A stretch of DNA of 32,000 nt from assembly GCA_964510585.1 (NCBI GenBank), contig CAZECW010000018.1, positions 1 through 32,000 on the forward strand, given 5' to 3'. Made by a program: the position numbers and the translations under genes. Below are positions 8,487-18,832 of the stretch, piece by piece (the first letter of the stretch is position 1; every line of letters begins with the position of its first letter). Under the pieces are notes generated by a model. That model searched no databases, was not told where the DNA came from, and saw nothing but the letters and a program-made list of their open reading frames with translations. Source of the stretch: an uncultured archaeon (GTDB lineage Archaea; Asgardarchaeota; Jordiarchaeia; Jordiarchaeales; Jordiarchaeaceae).

Positions 8487-11135
8487 TTATTCTTCCTCGC
8501 TTAGTACTTTTTCAATTATTACATCAATATTCACGGATTTGCCGTGATCACTCTTAGAGGGGTCTACACCGTCCTCCCCATACTGGAATTGAATTATGCT
8601 CCCTGCCGCATTCCTTACCGTCCTATCATACTCTACCTTAATGTCCTGAAGCGCATTTATCAGTCTTCTTTGCATGTATCCACTAGTGCTGGTTCTTACA
8701 GCCGTGTCTACAAGTCCTTCTCGGCCGCCCATAGCGTGGAAGAAGAATTCAATGGGAGTTAATCCTTTTTGATAACTTGAACTAACAAAACCTCTTGCTT
8801 TCGCACTCAAGTCACCTTCTTCAAAGTGGGGCAGTGTTCTATTCCTGTATCCTCTCTGCACCCTGCTTCCTCTCACTGATTGTTGCCCAACGCAAGCAGC
8901 CATCTGTGCAAGATTAAGTAATGTTCCTCTTGCACCCGTTTTTGCCATTATTACTGCATGGTTTTGCATACCAAGGTATTCGCCTGCTACATCACCAGCC
9001 TTGTCTCGAGCATTGGAAAGCTCTTGCATAATCAGCATTTCCAAGGTCTCCTCCAGAGTTCTGCCCGGAAGACTTTCAAGTTCTCCCCTTCTATAAGTTT
9101 CAATCAGTTCATTGACTTTAGCATTAGATTCTTCCAAAATTTCATTTATACGGGAAAGCGCCTCCTTCGTTATCTCTACATCGTCTATTCCCATCGTAAA
9201 GCCCTTAGCGGTTATTAGAAGAGTCAACATGCGTGTAACAGAATCAAGAAAGTCCCTCGCCTGATCCGACCCATAGTCCTTGACGATTCTGTGGAACAGG
9301 CTACCCGGCACCCCCGCCCCAAATGCGGCCTTATCAATAATGCCAGAAACAAGATTTCCGTTACGAACCACCACAAAATAGTCATACGGGCAATTTTCTT
9401 TTAAGCAAGTATCGCATCTTTTACAGATTTTTGATTTGAAAGAAAGATTCAGGTCTTTAGGTAGAAGGACACTAAAAATCTGTTTCCCAGTCCAAAGTTC
9501 CACTGGACTTTTAATGGCAGGAGGCGGAAGTTCGGTGCGACCCGCCGCCAAGAGCAGGTCACAAGCATCCTTCCTATTGAAAAACGTGTCCTTCTTTGTG
9601 AGCAAATAAGCTGCGGAAATGAAATCCTGAATGCCACCTATAATTGGGCCTCCGTAGCGTGGACTGAGGATATTTTCCTGAACCCTCATTAAGACATAAG
9701 CCTCCGCCCGCGCCTCCTCTCCCTGGGGGACATGAAGATTCATTTCATCCCCATCAAAGTCTGCGTTATAGGGAGGACAAACACACAGATTCAACCTAAA
9801 TGTTTTGAAAGGCATCACACGCACTTGATGAGCCATTATTGACATCCTATGCAGTGAAGGTTGCCTATTGAATAAAACAATATCTCCATCCCGAAGATGA
9901 CGCTCTACAATAAACCCCACCTCTACCGTATCAGCGATGGCCTTTCGATCCTTCACAAAACGAAGATCAATCCTCCTCCCATCACTACGAATAACATAGT
10001 TAGCACCCGGAGTATTATCCGGCCCCCTAATAATCAGCTCCTTCATATCATCAATATTCCACTCAGTTATCCTCTCAGGTATCGTCAGAATTTTTGCAAT
10101 TTCAACCGGTACACCAACCTCATTTATTCCAAGATTAGGATCGGGAGATATAACAGTCCGCGCAGAAAAATCAACTCTCTTCCCAGAAAGATTGCTCCTA
10201 AATCGACCCTCTTTCCCCTTAAGCCTCTGCGCAAGAGTACGCAGAGCCCTACCAGACCTGTGTCTCGCGGGAGGTATCCCAGACATCTCATTATCAAAAT
10301 AGGTGGTAACATGATACTGAAGTAACTCCCACAAATCCTCTACTATAAGTTGTGGCGCCCCCGCCTCAATATTCTCCCTCAAACGCTGATTAATACGAAT
10401 AACATCAACAAGCTTATGTGTAAGATCATCCTCAGAACGAACACCCGAATCCAAAGTAATACTCGGACGAACAGCTACCGGAGGCACAGGTAATACAGTG
10501 AGAACCATCCACTCCGGCCTAGCATATTTAGGATTTATACCCATTAAACGACAATCACTATCAATAATCCTTTCACACCTATCCCTAACATCGCTCGGAG
10601 TTAAACGTATAGAACCTATATCAGTCTCCTCATAAAAAGTAGTAGGCTTCTCTAAACGAATCTTAAGCTGTTTTTCCCCACAATGAGGACAAGTACTAAT
10701 TCGAGAAGCCCTCTTAATAACCTCAGCCGCAATAGCATCACTCAGAGTCCCCATCTCCCTCTCATACGCATCCATCTGCTCCGTAAAGACTTTAATTTCA
10801 TCCTCAGGCAAAAGAAGACGCGAACAAGAGCGACAAGTAGCCCTCAAAATCTTTTGAAGAAGCTTAGCAAACGCCTCATGAATAACAGGCCTCGCCAACT
10901 CAATATGACCGAAGTGGCCCTGACACTCGCCCACCCTTGATCCGCAAGTACGACAGCGCCTGCCTGGTTCTATTGTTCCTAGTCTGCTGTCCATCAGTCC
11001 TGAGTCTATTGGAGCTCCGTCCTCATCGTAGGTGTCGGGTGTGATTATTCTGGTGACGGACATTCTTCGAATCTCGTCGGGTGAAAGTAGCCCGAATTTT
11101 ATCGAGTCAACGACTTTGGGCAGTCTGAATGCCAC
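8487..11135 (-). CDS. rpoA1: RNA polymerase subunit A' (Rpo1N)
   Basis: CQGHFGHIEL, GKRVDFSAR, catalytic NADFDGDEMN and GGREGLVDTAVRT motifs; GTG start. Confidence 0.98.
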   Translation of the reverse strand: MAFRLPKVVDSIKFGLLSPDEIRRMSVTRIITPDTYDEDGAPIDSGLMDSRLGTIEPGRRCRTCGSRVGECQGHFGHIELARPVIHEAFAKLLQKILRATCRSCSRLLLPEDEIKVFTEQMDAYEREMGTLSDAIAAEVIKRASRISTCPHCGEKQLKIRLEKPTTFYEETDIGSIRLTPSDVRDRCERIIDSDCRLMGINPKYARPEWMVLTVLPVPPVAVRPSITLDSGVRSEDDLTHKLVDVIRINQRLRENIEAGAPQLIVEDLWELLQYHVTTYFDNEMSGIPPARHRSGRALRTLAQRLKGKEGRFRSNLSGKRVDFSARTVISPDPNLGINEVGVPVEIAKILTIPERITEWNIDDMKELIIRGPDNTPGANYVIRSDGRRIDLRFVKDRKAIADTVEVGFIVERHLRDGDIVLFNRQPSLHRMSIMAHQVRVMPFKTFRLNLCVCPPYNADFDGDEMNLHVPQGEEARAEAYVLMRVQENILSPRYGGPIIGGIQDFISAAYLLTKKDTFFNRKDACDLLLAAGRTELPPPAIKSPVELWTGKQIFSVLLPKDLNLSFKSKICKRCDTCLKENCPYDYFVVVRNGNLVSGIIDKAAFGAGVPGSLFHRIVKDYGSDQARDFLDSVTRMLTLLITAKGFTMGIDDVEITKEALSRINEILEESNAKVNELIETYRRGELESLPGRTLEETLEMLIMQELSNARDKAGDVAGEYLGMQNHAVIMAKTGARGTLLNLAQMAACVGQQSVRGSRVQRGYRNRTLPHFEEGDLSAKARGFVSSSYQKGLTPIEFFFHAMGGREGLVDTAVRTSTSGYMQRRLINALQDIKVEYDRTVRNAAGSIIQFQYGEDGVDPSKSDHGKSVNIDVIIEKVLSEEE

Positions 11136-11222
11136 CTAATCAACTCCATGTTAATGTTAAAATTATCTTACGGGATACAAAAGTAGTAAATTTTTTGCAC
11201 AACAAAAATGAACCCCGCACAA

Positions 11223-11236
11223 CTTATAAACTTTTC
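11223..11236 (-). promoter_or_regulatory. BRE/TATA promoter of rpoA1
   Basis: Minus strand reads GAAAAG-TTTATAAG, about 90 nt upstream of the GTG start. Confidence 0.6.
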
Positions 11237-11381
11237 TTCAAGAGAAAAGTTACCCGAGGCATATAAACTTAATGTGTTTGCGTTGCGAATTCGAAGGACG
11301 CAAACCAGTTGTTATGGCGTGGTAGTTTTGTGAAATAATGAGTCTGGAGCTTTAATTTTTCTTTTCAATTTATTAAGCTGT

Positions 11382-13202
11382 TTATAGGACGGTGACGCTT
11401 TTGGCTAGGTTTCTGGGTTTGTCTGGGTCGAATCCTCTTTTAGTGGCAATGTAATATGCGAGTAGTTGTAATGGTACGACGTATGTGATTGGTGAGAATG
11501 GTGTGGGGGTTGGGGGTATGCTAATTATTCTATCAGAGAGTTCTTTGATGTCGTGGTCGTTTTGCTCTGCTATGCTTATGATTTTTGCTCCTCGTGCCTT
11601 CATCTCCATGATGTTTCCAATTATTTTTTCGTGTGTTTCGTCAGGTGGTGTGATGAAAACTACTGGGAAGCCGGGCTCGACTAGGGCTATTGGTCCATGC
11701 TTGGATTCTCCTGCGGGGTAAGCTTCGGAGTGAATGTATGCTATTTCTTTTAGTTTTAACGATCCTTCCATTGCTGTGGTGGTGCTAATGCCTCTCCCTA
11801 GAAATAAGAAGTTTGGCTTGTAGGCGTACTCGTAAGCGATGTCTCTTACCAGGCTTTCTTCCTTTTTGAGGATTTTTTCTACAATTTTGGGGGTTTGCAT
11901 TAGCCCTTCTCGGAGTTGGTTTATCTCTCCGCTTCCGAGAACTCCTCTAATTTCGGCAATCTTTAAGGATATTAGGGCTAAGCTTGCAAGTTGTACAATG
12001 AAGGTTTTTGTTGCTGCTACTCCTATTTCGGGTCCAGCTTGTGTGTATAGAGTGAGGTCTGATAACCTGGAGATGGTGCTTCCCATGACATTGGTGACTG
12101 AAATTATTTTTGCTCCGTTGTTCTTGGCGAATCTTACGGCGTTTAGAGTGTCCGCAGTTTCTCCCGATTGGCTTATTGCAAGGATCGTGGTGTCTTGATC
12201 AATAAGGTTGGCTGTGGATTCCTGAAATTCTGAGGATATTATTGCTTGGCTCTGTAAAGCAGATAATTTGGATAGCATGTATTTTCCAGCTAACCCTGCG
12301 TGGTTCGATGTGCCGGCAGCTGTGATGTACAATTTCCTCGAGTCATTTAGAGTTCTGGCTACTTGATCTACTATTTCTGGTCTTATCAGAAGTGTGCCGG
12401 TAAGTGCATGGGGTTGTTCATGTATCTCCTTAAGCATAAAGTGGGGGTATCCACCCTTTTGGGCCATTTCGGGTGACCAAGAAATCTCCTGTATTTCTGG
12501 TTCAACTACTACCTCGCCGTTGATGGTTTCTACGTGTATTTTGTCGATATTTATGGCTGCTATTTCTCCGTCATCTAGTAATGCTATTTTTTTCGTGAAT
12601 GGGAGAAGTGCAGTAATATCAGAGGCACAATAGTTAGCGTTTTTGCCAATTCCAATTACCAAGGGGCTCTCGTTCCTGGCGCAAACTAGCACATTTGGCT
12701 CCTCTACGTAAATTACAGCTATTGCGAATGTTCCCCTTATTTTCTGCAACGCCTTCCTAGTAGCCGTGTAGAGGTCACACCTAGTTTTCGATATGATTTC
12801 TTCTATTAGGTGTGGAATTACTTCGGTGTCTGTTTCTGACTCAAATTTGTGGCTTCTCTCCAGATCCTTGCGTAGCTCTAGAAAGTTTTCAATAATACCA
12901 TTGTGAACTACTGCTATTTTTTTGGTGCAGTCAAGGTGAGGATGAGCGTTAATCTTTGATGGAAGACCATGTGTAGCCCATCTTGTGTGTCCTATCCCTA
13001 TTTTACCAAGAAGACTGTCTAAGTCAAGCTTTTGGTGAATCTCATCTATTTTTCCCTTATCTTTTTTTATACAGATTGAGTTTTGATGAATCGTTGCTAT
13101 ACCTGCTGAATCGTAGCCTCGATACTCAAGCCTTTTAAGCGCTTCATGTATGAGTGGTGAAACAGGATTATTTTTTTCAATGATACCTACAATTCCACAC
13201 AC
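11382..13202 (-). CDS. glmS: Glutamine-fructose-6-phosphate aminotransferase (isomerizing)
   Basis: N-terminal MCGIVG, GHTRWATHG, SQSGETADTL and C-terminal DKPRNLAKSVTV motifs. Confidence 0.98.
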   Translation of the reverse strand: MCGIVGIIEKNNPVSPLIHEALKRLEYRGYDSAGIATIHQNSICIKKDKGKIDEIHQKLDLDSLLGKIGIGHTRWATHGLPSKINAHPHLDCTKKIAVVHNGIIENFLELRKDLERSHKFESETDTEVIPHLIEEIISKTRCDLYTATRKALQKIRGTFAIAVIYVEEPNVLVCARNESPLVIGIGKNANYCASDITALLPFTKKIALLDDGEIAAINIDKIHVETINGEVVVEPEIQEISWSPEMAQKGGYPHFMLKEIHEQPHALTGTLLIRPEIVDQVARTLNDSRKLYITAAGTSNHAGLAGKYMLSKLSALQSQAIISSEFQESTANLIDQDTTILAISQSGETADTLNAVRFAKNNGAKIISVTNVMGSTISRLSDLTLYTQAGPEIGVAATKTFIVQLASLALISLKIAEIRGVLGSGEINQLREGLMQTPKIVEKILKKEESLVRDIAYEYAYKPNFLFLGRGISTTTAMEGSLKLKEIAYIHSEAYPAGESKHGPIALVEPGFPVVFITPPDETHEKIIGNIMEMKARGAKIISIAEQNDHDIKELSDRIISIPPTPTPFSPITYVVPLQLLAYYIATKRGFDPDKPRNLAKSVTVL

Positions 13203-13235
13203 CTTTTTCCCTCACAGTGTCCTATAAGGCCTTTT

Positions 13236-14597
13236 CTAAAAATTTTCTGCGCCTACTTGGAATATTTGGTAAGCTCTGTAGGGTTCTCGGTCGGTTATCT
13301 CTCCACACAGGTTGGTGGTCATTTGTTCATATATTTCCTTCATATTTTTTGTGTGTCCTAATACGTAGATTAGTTTTACATAGGCGGTTTCGGGCAACAT
13401 GTTTTTGCAAGGAATAACTCCAATTTTAAGTAGGTCTCTTCCCCGTTCATACACGTTCATACCTACGAATCCAAAGAGGCACTGGGAAGTCATGGCTACA
13501 GGAATATCTTCCTCCACTGCCCTTTTTAAAGGTTCTATAATTGTTTTGGGACAGTGCCCCAAACCGGTTCCTGCTAAAACAATCCCATGATATTTTAAGT
13601 CTATGAGTTTATGAATAATATCTCCATCCATTCCGGGATAAGTGTATATCAGCGCCACTCTGGGGTCAAGTTGGGTGTCTAATTTAACTTCGCCTTTCTT
13701 AACTCTTTTCCTGTAATCATTTCTAATTATTTTTATTTCATTATCCTTCACCAAACCTATGGGAATATCTGCAATTGTACGAAAAGCATCCCGTCTGCTG
13801 GTGTGCATCTTTCTAACTCTGGTGCCTCTATGAATCAAGTTATAGTCGTCGCTGCTACTTCCATGCATACATACAACTACCTCAGCTATATCGCTAAACG
13901 CAGCCACTCTGGCCGCAGAGATTAAATTTATCGCCGCATCACTTGAGGGCCGGTCACTGCTCCTCTGGCTGCCAACTAGAACTACTGGAACTGGCAAATC
14001 ATTTAACATAAATGACAGGGCTGAAGAGGTGAAATGCATAGTATCAGTACCGTGGGGAATGATGACTCCGTCCGCACCTGAGTTTATCTCTTCAGCAACA
14101 GTTTCCGCGATTTTTATCCAGTTGTTCGGTGTCATATCTTCTGAAAATATTTCGAATAAGAGTTTTGTTTTCAGATTGCAGATTTCTGCAAGTTCGGGAA
14201 CCGCACTAAAAAGCTCTTGTGGAGTAAAAGCGGGAATAACAGCTCCGGTTCTGTAATCGAGTCTGCTCGCCACAGTTCCGCCAGTGCCAATCAGAGAGAC
14301 TTTGGGTTTCTTGGGATCAAACTCAACTTGTATTTCGGGAATGGCGTAAAGTCCTGGCTTGTAGCCTAATTCTTTAATTTTTGTGTCTTCTGTGACTCTC
14401 ACACCTATATTGTATCCAGTATCTAGTTTGAGGACTAGGTGCTTATCATCACCCATATCACTTCTTGGGAGTAGTATCCCTCGGTATGTTGCTTCGGGGG
14501 TAATTACTTCGATTTCGCTCCAAATTCTAACTTTAGCGGTCTCAAGTTTTTTCCTAACAAATCCCCAGTATCCTTGCAGCTCCTCCTTTACCGTCAT
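13236..14597 (-). CDS. gatD: Glu-tRNA(Gln) amidotransferase subunit D
   Basis: TGGTVASRLDYRTG, HGTDTM, GSQRSSDRPSSD and RKMHTSRRDAF motifs; ATG overlaps the gatE stop. Confidence 0.97.
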   Translation of the reverse strand: MTVKEELQGYWGFVRKKLETAKVRIWSEIEVITPEATYRGILLPRSDMGDDKHLVLKLDTGYNIGVRVTEDTKIKELGYKPGLYAIPEIQVEFDPKKPKVSLIGTGGTVASRLDYRTGAVIPAFTPQELFSAVPELAEICNLKTKLLFEIFSEDMTPNNWIKIAETVAEEINSGADGVIIPHGTDTMHFTSSALSFMLNDLPVPVVLVGSQRSSDRPSSDAAINLISAARVAAFSDIAEVVVCMHGSSSDDYNLIHRGTRVRKMHTSRRDAFRTIADIPIGLVKDNEIKIIRNDYRKRVKKGEVKLDTQLDPRVALIYTYPGMDGDIIHKLIDLKYHGIVLAGTGLGHCPKTIIEPLKRAVEEDIPVAMTSQCLFGFVGMNVYERGRDLLKIGVIPCKNMLPETAYVKLIYVLGHTKNMKEIYEQMTTNLCGEITDREPYRAYQIFQVGAENF

Positions 14598-16534
14598 TGT
14601 TTTCCCTCCAATATTTTTACTATTTTTTTACGGAGAACTTCAGCCACTACTTTTCCGTCAATTTTGCCTCTTACCTTTTCCATCACTTTGCCCATCATGG
14701 GACTAAACGCCCTATCCCCACTTTTTTCTATAAAGTCCCTGCTTTCATAGAGCATCTCGTCGATTATTTTTTCAAGTTTCTCAACTGTAATGGTTTCCAA
14801 CCCTAATTCTTTAAGGGCGTCACTGACACTAATTGAGGGGGATTTCGCTAGTTCTTGTAGAATGTTTTCCACTGCTTCTTTTGCTATTTTTCCTTCTGAT
14901 AGAAATTTGAAAACATCTTTAATTTTTTCTTCGGAGATATTGTCTGTTCGGAAGCCCTCCCTCTCCAGAGATTTCATGGTTTGAAGCAAGGTTACAACAA
15001 CAATTGTTGGATCTATTTTGTATTTCTCGACGATATCCATAAACAATTCCATTTTCCCTGACGCCATTAATTCTTCTACGAACTCTTCTTTTATCTTGTA
15101 CTTTTCAGCAAGGCGTTTCTGAGCCACCCAAGGATATTCAGGTAACCTCTTACTAATTGCTGCAACCCTTTCCTTTTCTATGACCAATGGGGGGGTATCT
15201 GTATCGGGATATAAACGCGCCCCGCCATGTAACTCTCTTAAAAATTCACTGTTACCATTTTCTAACGCTCTCCTAGTTTCCCTCATCACGCCCTTCAGGG
15301 CGCCCTTAGCCCTATCAACAACATTCTCCAAGGCCTTTTCCGCCGTGTCCGCATCACCTATAACGATTGCGTAAGCATCCATTTCCCCCAGTGCAAGAAG
15401 ATCACGTATCTGGGAGTTCTCCTCCGCACTGATGTTATATTTGCTGAGGTTTTCATCAGAGTGAATGATGCCTTTTAAACCAGTGATTATCATAACTTTC
15501 TCTGCTATTTCTTTTCCAAAACTCTTCCCTGGCTGAATCTCTTTAGATAAAAGTCCCGCGAATTTTGGAAGTTTTACCGCTAATACGGTTTCATTAGCCT
15601 TCCTATTTTTGATAATCTTACATTTGGTGGAGGCGAAAATCTGGGAAACATCTTTAAAATCTTTAGAGAAGTCCGTTTCCTTCACACCACGATTCAACAA
15701 CTGATTCTTAATATCAATTAGTGCAAGTTGTCTCAGTACTTCATTCTCAGCCAGTTTAGGTATCCAATCCAATTTTTGTACTCCTTTAATTTCCACACGC
15801 TCTCCGCCCTCTATACTCACATTTAAATCCTGCCTAATGGTTCCGAGCCCCCTCTTAACCTTCCCTGTCGCCCTGAGAAGCATTCCTATCCTGTAAGCTA
15901 CTTTGAGAAGCTCTTCTGGATTTTTAATTTCAGGCGCCGTAACAACTTCAACCAGAGGTATACCTAATCTATCAACCCTGTAATAAACAGTGCTTTGCTC
16001 CTCACGGATTTTCCTAGCCGCATCCTCCTCTATACAAATAGTAGCTACTCCAACCTTCCTACCATTAATTGGAATGTAGCCCTCTGTTCCAATAATTAAT
16101 GTACGCTGAAATCCACAAGGAACTGACCCGTCAAGATAATTTTTGCGAAGGACATGTAACTCGTCTATAATCTTTGCATTAAACAATAGGGCAATTTCTA
16201 TACCTATATCTATTGCTTCCTGAGATATGCTAAAAGGAGGAGTTTAATGCTTGTATGCGTCCTACATACAAGTTTCATCTATCTCGTAAGTACAATTAAC
16301 ATCATCAAATCCTTCATAAACAATTGTACGCCCCTTTTCATACTCAACAAGCATTGCTTCGTCATACTTACCCATCTCGCCCAAAACAGGTCTAAAGAAT
16401 CTTTTAACCAGAAACTGTGGTTCATCGGTCTTCAGAACAGGTTTACAGAAGCAAAAAAGTTTGCGACTGGTTAAAAGCTCCTGGTGAATCTCGATCCCGG
16501 CCTTGAATCCCAGTTTATCATAGTCGAGTTGTAT
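14594..16534 (-). CDS. gatE: Glu-tRNA(Gln) amidotransferase subunit E, interrupted by a 30-nt BHB-type intron (exons 16274-16534 and 14594-16243; 636 aa if spliced)
   Basis: GIEIHQEL, RKNYLDGS..GFQRT, DRLGIPLVE, GLGTIRQDLNVSI and RLYPDTD motifs; removing 16244-16273 gives CTYEIDE-TPPF; start probably ATA at 16534 behind GGAGGTG (alternatives ATG 16549, TTG 16564). Confidence 0.92.
16244..16273 (-). other. 30-nt BHB-type intron in gatE
   Basis: GAUG/CAUU 4-bp helix, AAA at both cut sites, 8-bp CUUGUAUG/CAUACAAG intron stem, in-frame TAG and TAA. Confidence 0.85.
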
Positions 16535-16722
16535 TGCGACCACCTCCATTTTTGGAGTTTTCAAATTATTAGTAGATTATAGCAATATTAATAATACCCT
16601 TTACCTCATAAGAATGTATCATTCTAAAAACATTTTCCTTAGAAAAATTCAAAGTATTTATAACTAATTTTGTAACTTAGTCAAATTAACACTCTAACTA
16701 TCAGCCAAGGTGATAAAAATTC

Positions 16723-18330
16723 TTGAAGACACCAGAACCCTCTCAAACATGGAAAACGGCAGCTTACAGCGAAATAATTAAGCAAATTCTAAATAATAGG
16801 GAAAAAGGCTTAGAGCTAAACATATTGAAAAAAAGGGTTTGCCAAAAGTACCACCTAAATAAGGTTCCCAGTAACTCAGAAATTCTCAGTTACGCCTCGG
16901 AACAGGAAAGACAACTTTTACTACCTTTACTTCAAAAAAAGAAGGTACGTACAATTTCAGGTATTGCAGTAGTAGCGGTAATGTCCAAGCCTGCTCCCTG
17001 TCCCGGCAAATGCATCTACTGTCCGGGTGGTACTATTGCACCAAAGTCCTACTCGGGACAAGAGCCTGCAGCCATGAGAGCTATTCAAAATAACTTTGAC
17101 CCCTACTTACAAGTGAAATCCCGGCTTGAACAGCTAAAAGCCATAGGCCACAAAGTGGACAGGGGAAAAATTAAGCTAATAGTGATGGGAGGAACTTTTC
17201 TCTCTCTCCCACAAGACTATCAACACTATTTTGTACGTAGATGCCTTGAAGCAATAACTGGCGTCCCCTCTGAAACTTTGGAGGAAGCAAAAAGAAATGC
17301 TGAGCATTCCCGCATAAGAAATATAGGAATAACCTTCGAGACCCGACCCGATTATTGTAGAGAAGAAAATGTTGATAATATGCTTAACATGGGTGGCACC
17401 CAAGTTGAGATAGGTGTTCAAACAGTTTATGATGATATTTACAAGCTTGTTAACAGGGGCCACACAGTACAAGAGGTGGTGAAGGCCTTCAGGATAGCTA
17501 AAGATGCAGGCCTTAAAGTAACAGCACACTTAATGCCAAATCTCCCGGGAACCAATTATGAGAGAGATTTGGATATGTTTAAAACGGTTTTTAATGATCC
17601 GAGGTTCAAGCCAGACGGCCTCAAGATATATCCCTGCTTGGTGCTTAAAGATACACCTCTCTATGATTTATATCTTAAAGGGGAGTATAGCCCTTACCCC
17701 ACGGAAGACGTTATCAAGCTCATTGCTGAAGTCAAAAGAATAATTCCAAAATGGATCCGTATCCAACGTATTCAAAGGGATATCCCCTCAAAATTAATTG
17801 TCTCAGGTGTAAAGAGCGGTAATCTAAGAGAACTAGTTGCTGACGAGCTAACCAGAAGAGGATATAAGTGCCAGTGCATTAGATGCAGAGAAGTGGGCCA
17901 TATATTAAGAAAAAATAATAATATTTTAGATGTGGACGAGGTAGTTTTGCACACTGAGAGGTACTCCGCTTCTGAAGGCGAAGAAGTTTTCATATCCTAC
18001 GAAGATAAAGATAGAAATATTTTAGTTGGATTTTTAAGACTCCGCCGCCCCTCACCTTTAGCCCATAGGCCAGAGATTCAGAATTGTGAATCAATGATTA
18101 TTAGAGAATTACACGTCTACGGTCCACTAGTGCCCGTCCGTGAAAAACCAAATGATGAGTGGCAACACCGAGGATACGGCAAAAGGTTACTTAGTTTAGC
18201 AGAAAAAATTGCTAGGGAGGAATATGATGCCAAAAAGATTCTAGTCCTCTCCGGCATAGGCGTTAAAGAGTACTATTATAAACTAGGATACAAACCAGAC
18301 GGAGTCTACGTTTCAAAAATGTTAAATTAA
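16723..18330 (+). CDS. elp3: tRNA uridine(34) acetyltransferase Elp3 (radical SAM plus GNAT)
   Basis: CPGKCIYCPG, MGGTF, ETRPD, KIYPCLV, RELHVYG and WQHRGYG motifs; TTG start behind GGTGA. Confidence 0.96.
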   Translation: MKTPEPSQTWKTAAYSEIIKQILNNREKGLELNILKKRVCQKYHLNKVPSNSEILSYASEQERQLLLPLLQKKKVRTISGIAVVAVMSKPAPCPGKCIYCPGGTIAPKSYSGQEPAAMRAIQNNFDPYLQVKSRLEQLKAIGHKVDRGKIKLIVMGGTFLSLPQDYQHYFVRRCLEAITGVPSETLEEAKRNAEHSRIRNIGITFETRPDYCREENVDNMLNMGGTQVEIGVQTVYDDIYKLVNRGHTVQEVVKAFRIAKDAGLKVTAHLMPNLPGTNYERDLDMFKTVFNDPRFKPDGLKIYPCLVLKDTPLYDLYLKGEYSPYPTEDVIKLIAEVKRIIPKWIRIQRIQRDIPSKLIVSGVKSGNLRELVADELTRRGYKCQCIRCREVGHILRKNNNILDVDEVVLHTERYSASEGEEVFISYEDKDRNILVGFLRLRRPSPLAHRPEIQNCESMIIRELHVYGPLVPVREKPNDEWQHRGYGKRLLSLAEKIAREEYDAKKILVLSGIGVKEYYYKLGYKPDGVYVSKMLN

Positions 18331-18455
18331 ACCGCTCCATTTTCTTTAGAGAACTCTCTGCAAAAACTTATCTTAGTATCTTTGCTTTACATTAGATCTT
18401 CAGGGGAAAGGTTCTTCTACCCAATTTTTCACTGTGCAGCAGGTAAAGAAGGTAT

Positions 18456-18824
18456 TCACTTTAGCTCAGACACTTTTTTCGCTATGTCATTAATCAAGTC
18501 CTTCGCGTTTCCCGGATCAATTATACTTGCAGCCGCAGAGGGAACATCTATACCTGCGGCAATGCCAATCTGTTCTTTGCTGTGAACATATACATAGGGA
18601 ATTTTCTTTTCCTCACATAGCAATGGCAAATGTGCTACTACTTCGGGAGGATCTACATCCTCCGCCAGAATAACTAATTTAGCTTGCCCACGTTCAATGG
18701 TCTTAGTCGTCTCATTTGTGCCCTTTTTAATCTTACCGGTATCACGCGCAATCTCCAATGCTTGCAAAGCCTTTTTAACCAGTTCTTCTGGAACTTGGAA
18801 TCTCACATAAAAGGGCTTCGACAA
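18456..18824 (-). CDS. rpl7ae: Ribosomal / K-turn-binding protein L7Ae (eL8)
   Basis: [29 protein letters not shown] motifs; TTG start behind GGAGG. Confidence 0.98.
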   Translation of the reverse strand: MSKPFYVRFQVPEELVKKALQALEIARDTGKIKKGTNETTKTIERGQAKLVILAEDVDPPEVVAHLPLLCEEKKIPYVYVHSKEQIGIAAGIDVPSAAASIIDPGNAKDLINDIAKKVSELK

Positions 18825-18832
18825 CAGTCATT

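Noticed and set aside
16244-16273. Stop-codon readthrough (Pyl/Sec) or pseudogene explanation for the gatE break
   Set aside because: Two different stops (TAG, TAA) lie in a 10-codon insert absent from the conserved motif; BHB geometry explains the exact boundaries and both exons are intact
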